Source of the DNA: Guillardia theta CCMP2712
Lineage: Eukaryota; Protista; Cryptophyta
NCBI RefSeq assembly: GCF_000315625.1
Contig: NW_005434606.1
Coordinates: 185,154-249,153, forward strand
DNA length: 64,000 nt
Direction: 5' to 3'
Both the position numbers and the translations under genes were made by a program. Of the stretch, positions 1 to 10,900 are shown in pieces; the first letter of the stretch is position 1; the number at the start of each line of letters is the position of its first letter. The notes under the pieces were generated by a model, which was given only the letters and a program-made list of their open reading frames with translations, did no database searches and was not told the DNA's origin.

Positions 1-970
1 TCCCCTTCAATGACGGGGTTGTGTCCCCGCAGGTGCCGCACTCATGACTAGCCGTTGGCTCGACCGTTTTGATCCTCGCGGTGCAGGTGAAGCACAATGG
101 AACCTACGTGCAGTGCTTCTTCGATACCACAGGGCTGGCAGGAGCAGCTCTGTCCCCAGACATCAACGTGGTGGACGCATGCATCGTCAAGGTAAGCGTC
201 GGGCACAAGGAGGAGCAGGTGGAGCAGGTGGAGGAGGAGGTGTGGTGGTAATGGTGGTGGTGGAGGAGGAGGAGGAGACGCCTTTGTGAGGGAGAACCCG
301 GTGCAGGTATCTGGCAGCTCAAGCTCGTCGGCTCGTGGGGCAGGACGGGAGGTGCTGTTGAGCAGGAGGGTGTCAAGCTTGACCAAGGACGACCTGTCGG
401 TGTCGATCAAAGCAAGCTTCACTCCTCCAGGTGCCTGTCAGCAATTGCGAGGGAGGCCTGTCTGACGAGTCTGGCAGACACAACCAACCTCCAGCACTGG
501 CTCAAGTTGGGGCCAATCCTTTGTGCTATTGTCGGAGTTGGGCTGCAGGTGATCTTCTTCATGATGAGCGTTTTCGGCCGGCGCAAGACCGGGGGAGGGA
601 GCAAAGAGGAGCCGAAGATGCAGGAGGATGAAATCGTGGAGATGCCAGACCAGCATGCGAGACCTCCGGAGCCAGACACCCCAGAGATCGCTGCTCTCAG
701 ACAGATGCAGGTGAGTTTCTCGCTCCCTCCTCCAGCTCCTCTCTCTCGTCTAAACGCTAGCTGTGCAGAGCAAGGGGTTGATCAGTGAGGAGCAAATGAA
801 GAGGGCGGTTGACATGATCCGAGACAAAAACGAGATGCTCCTCGGGGCTGTGGTAAGACACTCATACATTTGACAAGGGAGATTACTGAGATTGTTGATG
901 CAGGATTCGATCATGAAGCAGGAGAAGAACGTCTCGCGTTTGCTACAGCAAATGCTCAACGCACACTGAG
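1..970 (+). CDS. 3' part of a multi-exon single-pass membrane protein with C-terminal coiled coil
   Basis: Short GT-AG introns join VKHNGTYVQCFFDTT..., a TM segment LGPILCAIVGVGLQVIFFMMSVFG and a last exon DSIMKQEKNVSRLLQQMLNAH*. Confidence 0.6.
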
Positions 971-1012
971 TTGCCCTCATACAATTTTTACCGTCGACGA
1001 TATTCGTGCTGA

Positions 1013-2356
1013 TCAAATGAATGTCGAGTGTTTGAATCGTTCCAACTCTCTTTGAACCTCCTTGAGATTTTCCATCTCTGCTCGTAAGTTGGAGAGCTCG
1101 GTCTGCCTCCCTCTCAGGTGCCTCTCGAACAACCCCAAAGTCTTGTTGCAGAGCTGGTCGAACCCACTCGGAACAGCACTGCTTGCCCCGTCTATTTCCG
1201 TAGAGCGTGTAGTTGTTCTGTTCTTGAGATGGAACGCGACTTGCTCGAGGCTGTGTAGAATCAAGTCGGCCGTCCCTTCAAATGCACAGAGCTCCGTCAA
1301 GATCTGCAGGCAGGTATCATAGCACCTAGCACCTCCCCCAGCGAGGTCAACAGATGCCAACTGAAGCTCTTCGCCGCATCCCTCTCTTGCTGGCCCTGAG
1401 GGATCGAGCAGCTGAGAAGAGGAGCAACTTTCAATGGCACTGAAGCACTTCCTCATCAGAGACTTCCTCTGGTTCCTCTTGATAACGGACTCACGGCTGT
1501 AGAATACCTTGCGTCTGGTGGCGTACTCGTTCCAGGTGAAGATAGATTGAGCAAGGGACCTCTTGGAGCTGCTTCTGAGCATCAAGATACGGTTCTGATT
1601 CCTCCTCCTTGGCTCCCAAACTGCAAACATCCGCCAGAGGTTGAAGGAGGAATGAAGTGACTTAACTTCTGACCCTCCAACACCTCCAGCCCCTCCGTCT
1701 TCCTGCTGTTCCCCCTCACAAGCTTCATCCGCGAGTTCCTGATGGAGGCTGTTTTCTGTCACAGTGTTTATGTGATCATATATCGATGCTGCCATGGCAC
1801 AGCACTGCCTCCCCTTGATTCGCATGCTCACGAGCAATGCCGAGAGCTTTTCAGTCGCAGTGAGGGAAGGCAGCATTAACGCTGATAGGTTTCGAGAAAC
1901 ACAGGAAACCTCTCTTGACAGACTGTCTACCTCACGGTGTATCTGTTTCTCTGTGTCTGAGTCCGTCTCGAATTCTTCCTTGTCCTCTTCTGGTCGCAAC
2001 TCTACTACCTCACTCCGCGCTCGAGAGTCCTGTCGTTCACTAATCAGTCGTTTCATGTCGTTGAGGTCCGATGCTTGAAAGATGGAGATGAGCCGATCTT
2101 TCAACTCTGTCACCTCCCCTCGCACAGCAGCTTGTCTGTCGCGCATGAGCCCCAAGGCTGCTCGTAGACTCCTAGACTGATCTCTCTCTGCATCGAGGAG
2201 AGCCTGGACTCGCTGAAGCTCTGCTTCCATTCCTTGGATCTTCTTGTGCTGTGCGACTAACAGATCCTCGTTGGAGCATCGATGAGCCTTCACCTCCTCT
2301 AGCGTTGACCTCACTGTCTCCATGAACTTCAGTCTCTCCTCTTCTTCAGAACCCAT
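1013..2356 (-). CDS. Hypothetical coiled-coil protein, 447 aa, single exon
   Basis: Long ATG-started ORF with heptad-like E/L/R-rich N- and C-termini; converges tightly with the preceding gene. Confidence 0.7.
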   Translation of the reverse strand: MGSEEEERLKFMETVRSTLEEVKAHRCSNEDLLVAQHKKIQGMEAELQRVQALLDAERDQSRSLRAALGLMRDRQAAVRGEVTELKDRLISIFQASDLNDMKRLISERQDSRARSEVVELRPEEDKEEFETDSDTEKQIHREVDSLSREVSCVSRNLSALMLPSLTATEKLSALLVSMRIKGRQCCAMAASIYDHINTVTENSLHQELADEACEGEQQEDGGAGGVGGSEVKSLHSSFNLWRMFAVWEPRRRNQNRILMLRSSSKRSLAQSIFTWNEYATRRKVFYSRESVIKRNQRKSLMRKCFSAIESCSSSQLLDPSGPAREGCGEELQLASVDLAGGGARCYDTCLQILTELCAFEGTADLILHSLEQVAFHLKNRTTTRSTEIDGASSAVPSGFDQLCNKTLGLFERHLRGRQTELSNLRAEMENLKEVQRELERFKHSTFI

Positions 2357-2439
2357 GCTGATCAGTAGTATCTCACGCCTTCCCGTGACTGCCTGCTAGG
2401 CTCCTCAAGGCGGACTTTACAAGCCTCAATGAATTTCAA

Positions 2440-3620
2440 CGATAGAGCAGCAGCCCTCCGCCGAGCCTACTAGTCGTGAGCGGCGGCCCCGGCCCACTGG
2501 GCCAGATCCGGGACCCCGTGACGCCGTGACGGGCCGAGGCCGCCGCCGCGTCGGGTTCACCGGCGTACTCAACCGTTAGTTCAAAACTTATCATCCTGGC
2601 CTGACTGAGTACCGTAGCCCATCCGATGATCCGGGATCGAGTCAAGTCTCCGCCGGAGGCGGACAGTAACAGTGCACTGCACGGGAGTCGCACAGGCCAC
2701 TGACCGTGCCGTACGGTACAGTGGCCGCGCCATCATGATCCGACAATGACTGTTCATTGATACGACCCGCGGTCGGAGAAGAGACTTGTGACTGTAGTTA
2801 CTGTGCCAGACTGAGACTCTCGCCGCCAGGCAACCGTCGGAACCGCGGGCCGCCCGGCCCTCAGCCTGGCCGGGACTTCCGAGGCTGCCGGTTTCAAGGC
2901 GCGGTGAGTCCGCGGCCCCAGCAAACTTTGGAACTTTCAAAGTTTAACCGGCGCCGCTCAGCAGCACGGCGATATAAACGCTTATCTCAGTTAACTTGCC
3001 TCACTCAGTGCCGCCGCAGCGCGCGCACTGGACACCGCCGGGATCGGATCACACACGTCGCAAGACCGGGGGAGCCTTCAGCCCGGCCGGGGTCGGAGGA
3101 GTCCGTGGCACTCATCTGCGGATCCCGGAGTCCGCAGCCCGGCTGTCGGACCGTGCGAGTCAGACGCCGCATCATCTGAGTCCGATCCGGTACTTGTCCG
3201 ACGCCGACGGTCAACTTGACGGCGGTCCGAGGCCGACGACCGATCGGACGGTGCCAGACCCCGGCGGCGCCGCCCAGTGCCAGCCGGAGGCTGCGGGGCC
3301 GCTCAGTGCCCGGCCACGTTTCAAGTTTGGTTGCGGCCGGGCCGCCGCGGCGCCGCCCGGCCCGGACACCGTGACCGTACGGTTCCCGGGAGCCTCGGAG
3401 AGCGGAGGCTCCGGGCCGACGGCGGGCCGCCGTCAGCCTCCGTGCAGTGCGGCCGCGGGCCGGCAGGCGGGCACCTCGCCTCCGAGTCCGATGATCATCG
3501 GATCATTCACTGCGGCGCGCCGGGGGGCCTTCGTACTGAACTTGACTCGGTGACCCCCCGTGGCACGGCACGGTTAAGTTCAAGATCGGGACTGTCACGC
3601 TGGACCCCGTGACAGTATCC
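2440..3620. other. GC/CpG-rich intergenic island (palindrome-word class)
   Basis: Dense CCGG, GGCC, GATC, CGTACG, GTCACGG and ACTCAG words; ORFs here are low-complexity R/G/P/A. Confidence 0.7.
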
Positions 3621-4053
3621 TTTACTCAAGCTAAGTCAAAAATCTTTACTCAAAGTTAAGTTAAAAATCAGTACGAGGACAATCAGGAGAGTCGAGGAGG
3701 CTTGACCCTGACACTGTCGCACAGGCCAAACGGCGAGAAGAGAAAAGACAGCGAGAACCAAACCTAAACTTGAAACCGCTGTCCCCCAAACTTAACTGTC
3801 AAAAATCAGTACGAGGACAATCATCATTGCCTCCGTGTAGCTCGTATTGATATTTAACTTAACTTTGAGTAAAGCAGTCAGTAGTGTAACGGCGCTGTTG
3901 AGTTTTCTACTTGAGTTAATTAAAAGTTGATTTCAGCTATCTCGATAAAATTACTTATCAAAGTTGATCTTTTTTTTCTATACCAGATGTCCTTGGGGAC
4001 AACGACCGGGGCGCCTGTCCTCGTACTGATCTTTAACTTAACTTTGAGTAAAG
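3620..4053. repeat. Cluster of ~44-bp motif CTTTACTCAAAGTTAAGTTAAAAATCAGTACGAGGACAATCAGG in direct and inverted orientation (possible MITE/TIR)
   Basis: + copies at 3620-3644 (partial), 3644-3687 and 3801-3823 (partial); - copies at 3841-3874 and 4016-4053. Confidence 0.85.
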
Positions 4054-5030
4054 GGCGCCGTGCCGTTGACAGATGGGTGTGCGCCGTGACTGGTCGTTCC
4101 AAACCGTTACAGTTGCCGAAATGCCTCTCAATTCCTTGCCAGAATCGCACCCCCACCCCTCACTTTCCGGAGAATTTTAACCCCACCCTCTCCAACCCCC
4201 CGATTTCGTGATGTTCTTTTTTGAAGCAGGCTTCTGTGATGAACAACGGTCCGTGCAACGGAATCAGGCATCCCCATAAAATTCAGAAAAATTCTCTTTT
4301 TTTCGAAAGGTTGCGGTTTGAGTACCCCGTGACCCAGATATGTGCTGGTCGAAGGAGACAACACGCGTACCTATCATTGAGCTCCGCTACCTGACAACTG
4401 AGTGTATGAGCGTGCGCGGTACTGCGATCTGCTCTTCATGCGGCCCCGTTTCGACCTCACAAGGATCCTAGCTGGCAACACTGAATCTGTTTTCAACAAC
4501 ATGTTCAAAACGGTGATGATGATCAACAGCAAAGGGTCACGGTGAAAACAGAAGAGTGTGGTATTGGTCAGTCTTGGATGCATTGCATAATCCGAGACGA
4601 GAGACTCACACACAAGAGATGCCTTTTCAAGCTTGAAAGATCGCAATCAAGACACTTCACGCTCTGAGAGATTGCTTTTTGTTTGTGTTGACCTGCATTT
4701 GAGTGTGTTCTCAATTTTGCTCGGTGAGATAGGATGCCACCAATACAATCAATTTTATGACAGGTTGTGTTGTTTTTGGTATACCTTGGGCATTTTGCAC
4801 TTTGACCCTGTAGTTTACGTCATTACGTCACTTATCCTAATAAATCCCAAATGGTTGTGAACAGTGTAAAGATGTAAGAGAGATCTTAGAGTGCTGATGA
4901 AACCATACAGCAGTATAGCATTGTGTACACCAACTGCCCAAACAATCTCAGTTCACCCTTTGCATGTGATTTAGCTTTTCTTGGTCTGACAACTCAACCA
5001 GCAAAACAATGAAGTGTTTCATGAATGTAA

Positions 5031-5740
5031 TTATCGATCGTTCTCTACCAGCTCTAATGCCTCTAAGAAAAGCTGTGCAAATTGAGGATCACTCTGCAAT
5101 CTCTTGCAGAACGGGAAAAGCTCCAAAACCTCTTCGTATGAAGATCGGAATTCTAATATCTTCATATCATTGTCTTGTGAATGCGTATGCGAGCATCTGT
5201 GATGGGAGTCTTCGTTGAAGGCTGGTGACGGACGACGCCTCGATGAATCGCTGTTCACCTCCACCAATCCTGGTATTTGGCAATTCGTTGTAGTCGATCC
5301 TGTGACTGCAGTTTTGTCATGTTCTGTCCTATTTTCTGTTGCTGATCCTGCTGGCAATGTGGGCCTTACATAGGGCCATTTCATTATCCCAACATGTCTG
5401 CATGCTGACTTGAGCGCAGTGAGGGAAATGCCCTAAGATGACGTTAGAGGCGTGCATCATGATATCAATTGGGGATCACTCAAATTATAAATACAAAACG
5501 ACATCAAGAAGAAAAGAATTTCAGCCATAAAGCGTGAGGCTCTTCACACACAAAGAGAATGGGCATCGACATGTATGTGATGAGGTTTACCAGTTGTTGC
5601 GCTGCATCCGACTGCCGGAGATGAAAAAGCGCAGTCAGATCTTGATGCGACAAGGTGATTCCATTTCGTGTTCTCTCTACCTCGCCATTCTCTCCTCGTT
5701 TTCTCCGAGGAAACACGCGAGCGACACGAGGTTCCAGCAT
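5031..5740 (-). CDS. RWP-RK domain transcription factor
   Basis: Exons 5740-5591 and 5432-5031 (GT-AG intron 5590-5433) give ITLSHQDLTALFHLRQSDAAQQL|GISLTALKSACRHVGIMKWPYVR, an RWP-RK signature. Confidence 0.88.
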
Positions 5741-6699
5741 AGCGTCAGAGCGCGAGTGGGAGTAAAAGATGAGACGGGAGGAGACGTGGGTTATCTTTTA
5801 TACTACTGCTTCTCCTCCTACTCCTACCGGTGATTGAACACCTATACAGGGGTAGTGCTCATCCTCCTAGGTTGCTATGTACAGCTGCCTCTCAAACAGC
5901 TGGGTACATCAACTAAGTTGGGGGGGTACGTAATTGACCCCTTGAGTTTCAGAGGGTGGGGTGATTCTAAAGAGGGTGCATGTGCCTTTGACAGAGGTTC
6001 TTTCGATGCAGGGCACGCTGATATGCGGTCTTAGGAAAGTGATAGTAAGATACGATCGCCTAACATAGGAGAGATCTAGGCCGTGGTAGTAAAAGGAGTG
6101 TAAAAAAAGGACCACCCCCAGGTGTAAGTAAGACTTGGGGGTGTGAGGGTGTAGTAGCGGGTAAAGTGATTTAATATGTGGGGGTAGGGGTACTTGATCT
6201 GATGACTTGTCTTCGATGAGGGGTAGGGTGATTATTTCATGAAAGGCTTTGGTATCTAATTTTTGAAAAGAGAAGTATTGAATAAGGTTTCTGCTAAAAT
6301 AGTTGTAGTGAGATGGACACCCCCACCCACCTTTCTCTCAGCATTGGATACATGAGAGAGCCTGAGGAGTGTATTTCTTTTTAGGCTTCATCTCTGGGCG
6401 GTACTATTCATATTTCAAATAATATCAGAAAATTGATACCAGAATCTCAGAATTTCAAAGATTATAGCGAAATCATTAAAGTTACGACCCGCGTGGGGCT
6501 CGTGGAGGCGCCAGGATGAGTCATGGTCCGTTCATCTCACAACGTTTCCAGAGCTCCCGGCCTCCGTGACCGTCGAGCTTCGTGATCACGTCCCTCGGGC
6601 CCAACCTCCGAGTGAAAAAAAAAAGACGATGTTGCACCGGCAGACTAACTTTGAGTGAAACTTTACTTAATACCGACTATAAATTATTTATCACCACGG

Positions 6700-7810
6700 T
6701 CCAATCCGACTGAGCCGGCGGGCCGCTCGGAGATCGGGCTTCGCTGCCACATCTTTTACTTAAAGTTAAGTTAAAAATCAGTACGAGGACAATCAGGTAC
6801 CACTACTGTTCCGAAGTTCCGCCCGGCCGCGCCCAGGAACTCAGGGCCGGACTCCCGGTCACAGAACTTCGGAACTTGGCGAGCCTCCAAAAGCGGGCCG
6901 GCCCTAATGAAGTTAAGTTAGCTTGACAGACTCCGAGTACGGTCCGAGTCAGGGCCCGCGGTTGGAGGCCGGGCCCACTGTCCGATACCGTACCGGCGTA
7001 CGACGCCGGGCCCGGGGTCCGGGATCCGATGATCGAATCCGAGACTCGCGCCGGGACAGTCCGATCCGTCCGATCCCGTCGACCGACGGTGACGGTACGG
7101 TCCACCGGATGATCACTGAGACTCCGGTCTGGCGGCCCGGAGAGCCTCCGTCTGCGGTGACTCAGTTCAGGCTTTACTGACGGTAACTTGTAAGTTACTG
7201 CTGGGGCCCGGCCACTGAGCCAGGATTCTAGTACCATAACCGTATAATACTATGATCATACCTAAACCAGGTCCGGGCCGATCATCGGATGATCATGTGA
7301 TCCGGGACACCTGTGACCGCTGAGGCCCCCGGCTGAGAATCCGATGATCGCCGCCGAGGACTCGGAGGCTTGCAAGTTGACCGTTCATTGAAGCCGGTTG
7401 AACGGTTGCCTCGGACCCACAGACACTCAGTCACACTGGCAGCCTCCGGGCCCTTGCCGCTACGAAGAGAAAAGACGGTGCTGAGCTTGGTGCTGTCGGT
7501 CCCCCAACTTAGTGGCTGATACTAGGGCCCTGTAAACTTGAAGCCTGTCCGAGGCTTGCACTGCGGCAGACAGCCTGGCAGTGAGAGTCTGAAGCGGCCG
7601 CGCACCGTTGAACTTTCCGCTGACTCGGCCGCTGCCAGCCTGACCAAACGATCGACGGTACGGCAACTTTGAGTAACTTGGCAACTTTTCTGAGTCGACT
7701 GTTACTATGATGATGATGATTACTCCGCTCGGACGGCAGATGCCCCACAGCCGGCGCCGGTACGGGCAGTACTGCCGCACATACAAACTACCCGGCGTAC
7801 CCGGCGTTTC
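6700..7810. other. GC/CpG-rich intergenic island
   Basis: Same short-word vocabulary as 2440-3620. Confidence 0.7.
6755..6797 (+). repeat. Further copy of the 44-bp motif
   Basis: TTTACTTAAAGTTAAGTTAAAAATCAGTACGAGGACAATCAGG, one mismatch to 3645-3687. Confidence 0.9.
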
Positions 7811-7940
7811 ATAGTCACATGATACGGTTTCGAGCTCGGCGTGACCCTGCGGTGCCGAGTGTCAATCGAGGATGCCGGGTCCCTCGGATCAGATCCTCGC
7901 GTTCTTGGAGGAGCTCTGAGAGAAATTCAGACAAGAGCTA

Positions 7941-10900
7941 TCACATGAAACACCATGATGACACACCTGGAAGGCATACGATCGGAACACGGCGAACAAG
8001 GGAGACAACAGTGGAAGGAAGATGTAGCGGAGGAAGTGAATGGAGACCGTGAAGCTTCAGGACCAAGTCAGTCAGAGCAGAGGAGCCCTTCAACGAGCAC
8101 CTGAGCAAGCGAGGAGGGCGGTCGAACTCTTGGATGTAGTGGGCTGTATGCTGAAGAAGGCTCTGCAGTTGCCTGGCGTGATTGTTCCCGATATGCTGCG
8201 GGCTCGCAGCTCGCTGGTCCCATTGCCAGGACAAGGCTGATCCTGGGCCTCTTCCGTTCATACTTGGCCGGTCAGTGTCTAAGTCAAGGCGGTTGAAGGG
8301 CTGGGGGGGCTGGGGGGGCTGCATGGCACCGCCATAGAGGTTGTAAGGAGAGATGGGGTTGGTGTAGTCCGGCATGGGAGAGATAGACTTCCGCGTCTCG
8401 CCCTCCCTCCCGTATGGGTGGAAGGACTGCTGCACGTGCGAATCCTGCTCCCTGCGATAGACCTGCAAGCCAGGCATGCCTGCTGCCATGGGCGGGACCA
8501 GCAAGCCCTGGTTGGAACCCTCCTCCACCTCGTCCTCAAAGTATCTTCTCCTTGCAAAAGAGGCCTCAAACCGCTGCTGAGGAGGGTAGCCTCGACCTGG
8601 GCTCATCTCCCCGGAGCTTGTCATGTCGAATCCTTCTTCCACCGCCATGTCTGGCCGATGGTTCATGTACTCCCCTCCGCTCTCGTGGCACTCGCTGTCG
8701 TGCATGCTCGCGTAGTAGTACTCCTTGTGCAGGAGGTGGATATCGCTCTTCCTCAGATGATGAATGCTGGCAAAAGACAGTCAGGCTGATTGCCTTGCAT
8801 GAGGAGCTGAAGAGTATGAGAGCAAACCTCAGCTTCAGGTTCACAATGGCGAGGAGGAGGATGGAGAACACAAACACGTCGAATCTCGCACGGAGATCGA
8901 ACACGGACAGCTGACTTCCTCCGAAGTAGAGGAAGATGTAAGAGGCATACACCAGCACCGAGACGAGAAGGTATGACACGATGATGTCTCCCTGCTCACA
9001 GTCACGTCCAACCACACTGACCTCTTGCCCCTCACCTGCTTCGACTTGAAACCCGCGTACGATTCGGTAAGTAAGTGCCGGATGCGGCACCACAGCAGCA
9101 AGTCTGGCACCAGCAGGGGTGAGGGGGAGAGCAGGGAGGAGGAGGCGACTTGCCGTCCTTCTTCTGCAGGTTGAGGAACTGGAGGAACTCTCTCCTGCCG
9201 CGGTTGCGAAGCTCAGACTGCGCGCGGATCCACCTCGCCCTATAGCGGAGGAAGGGCTCTGCCTGGGTAGCCGCGCGGAAGAGAACGAGCTTGTAGTAGA
9301 AGTTCAAGTCGTTGTGAAACCCTTGAAGGAGGAGAGTTGTGAGATGAATCAAGGAGGGACGAGAGACTCAGAAGACAGCAGGGGAGGGGAAGGGAGGGGA
9401 GGGGAGGGGAGGGGAGGGGAGGGGAGGAAAACAGTAGACGAGAGAGGAGGGCGAGGAGAGGAGAGTGCATGGGAACTAAGAACCAAGACAGGAGAAACAA
9501 GGCAGGGGCGGGGACAAGGCCCGGGGGTTTACCAGAGAGAGTTGTGTAGAGGAGTCGATAGGTCAGGTATCCCGAGATCGCCATGGATGGGACGGAAACG
9601 AGAAAATGGACCCACTCCCTGCCTCCGCACACCCAGACGTAGAGCTTCTCATACCTAAAACCCCATCATTGCGATGCCAGCAACTCGCTCTCCTCCCATC
9701 TCCTCCCTCCTCTCCTTGCTCTGCTCCGTTCTACTCCCTCCCCGACTTTCTTCGCACCCTCGTCTTCCTCCTCTTCCTGCTGTCCAATTACCAGAGAAGT
9801 TCAATCTCCGCAATGCAGACGCCCGTAGCCTCGTTGGTGACCGTCCGTCTACAGGAAAGTGAGGAGGAGGAGGAGGAGGAGGAGGAGGAGGAGGAGGAGG
9901 AGGAGGAGGAGGAGGAGCGAGTACATGAAGATCCTGTGGAGGACGGGGATGATAGCGTGAAAGATGCCAGCCATGCCCGACACGACTGCACTGAACCAGC
10001 GGAAGCGAGAGGCAAAGAGGATGTCAGCAATAGCTCCGATCTGATCGACCGCGTGCCCTCGGGCGTGTGGGCCCGGAACGCAAAGACAGCCTGGAGCAGG
10101 AGGCGTCACAACTCCCGACTTGCTGAGGAGGAGGAGACCTGAAGCTCGTTGTGTTTGAGCTCAGAGGACATGGCAGGATTCAGCCTGAGGGGAAAGAGAG
10201 TCATCCCGTTGATCCCTCCAGACGTGCCCTTCCTACCTGCGTAGAACCAACTTGGGATGCTCGTAGCCTGAGATGGTGGCGATGTACATGCCGATGATGA
10301 TATAGTTGCCGATGGGAGACAAGACTTCCATGACCGAGACGTCTTGCATGTGCGATTGAAACATGATGTAGATGACCAGAGAGAATATGCAGGGAACCCA
10401 CTAAGACAAGGCAAGTCAAGCAAGCCAGAGACATCAATTTGTGAATTCAGCGTGAGGCATGACAAAGAGCCAGGACGAAGAGAAGCAAGAGCAAGAGCGG
10501 GAGCGGAAGCAGCTAACGGCCTGACCTGTGTCATGAGGTAGATCTGAAAAGAGTCGAAGGTCGTCTTCGGGGGAGGAAGCCACTGCACAAGGGGGTAAGG
10601 CAGAGTCAAGCCGAAGGTTAGAAACAGACCTGGGAATCTGTGAGGATATCGTACAAGGTTGCCTGCTCCTTCCTCTTGAGGCCCCCGATGCTTCCCCTCC
10701 TTGCTCGAGCCGTCCCGTGCTTCCATTCCACAAAGGATCTGACGGGCTCGTTATGAAACCTCGACCAGCCTCCTCCGCTCCCTACACTCCTTCTTACCGA
10801 TGCTTGTCGAGCACCTTGCAAAGGGGGAAGGCGATGAAGGCGAAGGACGCAGAGAAGAAACTTAACCAGAACTTGGACCATTGGAAATGATTCTGAATCC

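Noticed and set aside
2436-3612. Overlapping R/G/P/A-rich ORFs in GC islands (also 6803-7786, 22035-22493, 43935-44500, 59754-60084)
   Set aside because: Expected from stop-codon scarcity at high GC; no domains or splice structure.
3620-4053. CRISPR-like array
   Set aside because: Mixed orientation, irregular spacing, no cas genes, eukaryotic context.
4374-4860. Short ORFs downstream of RWP-RK
   Set aside because: No coherent gene model or motif could be built.
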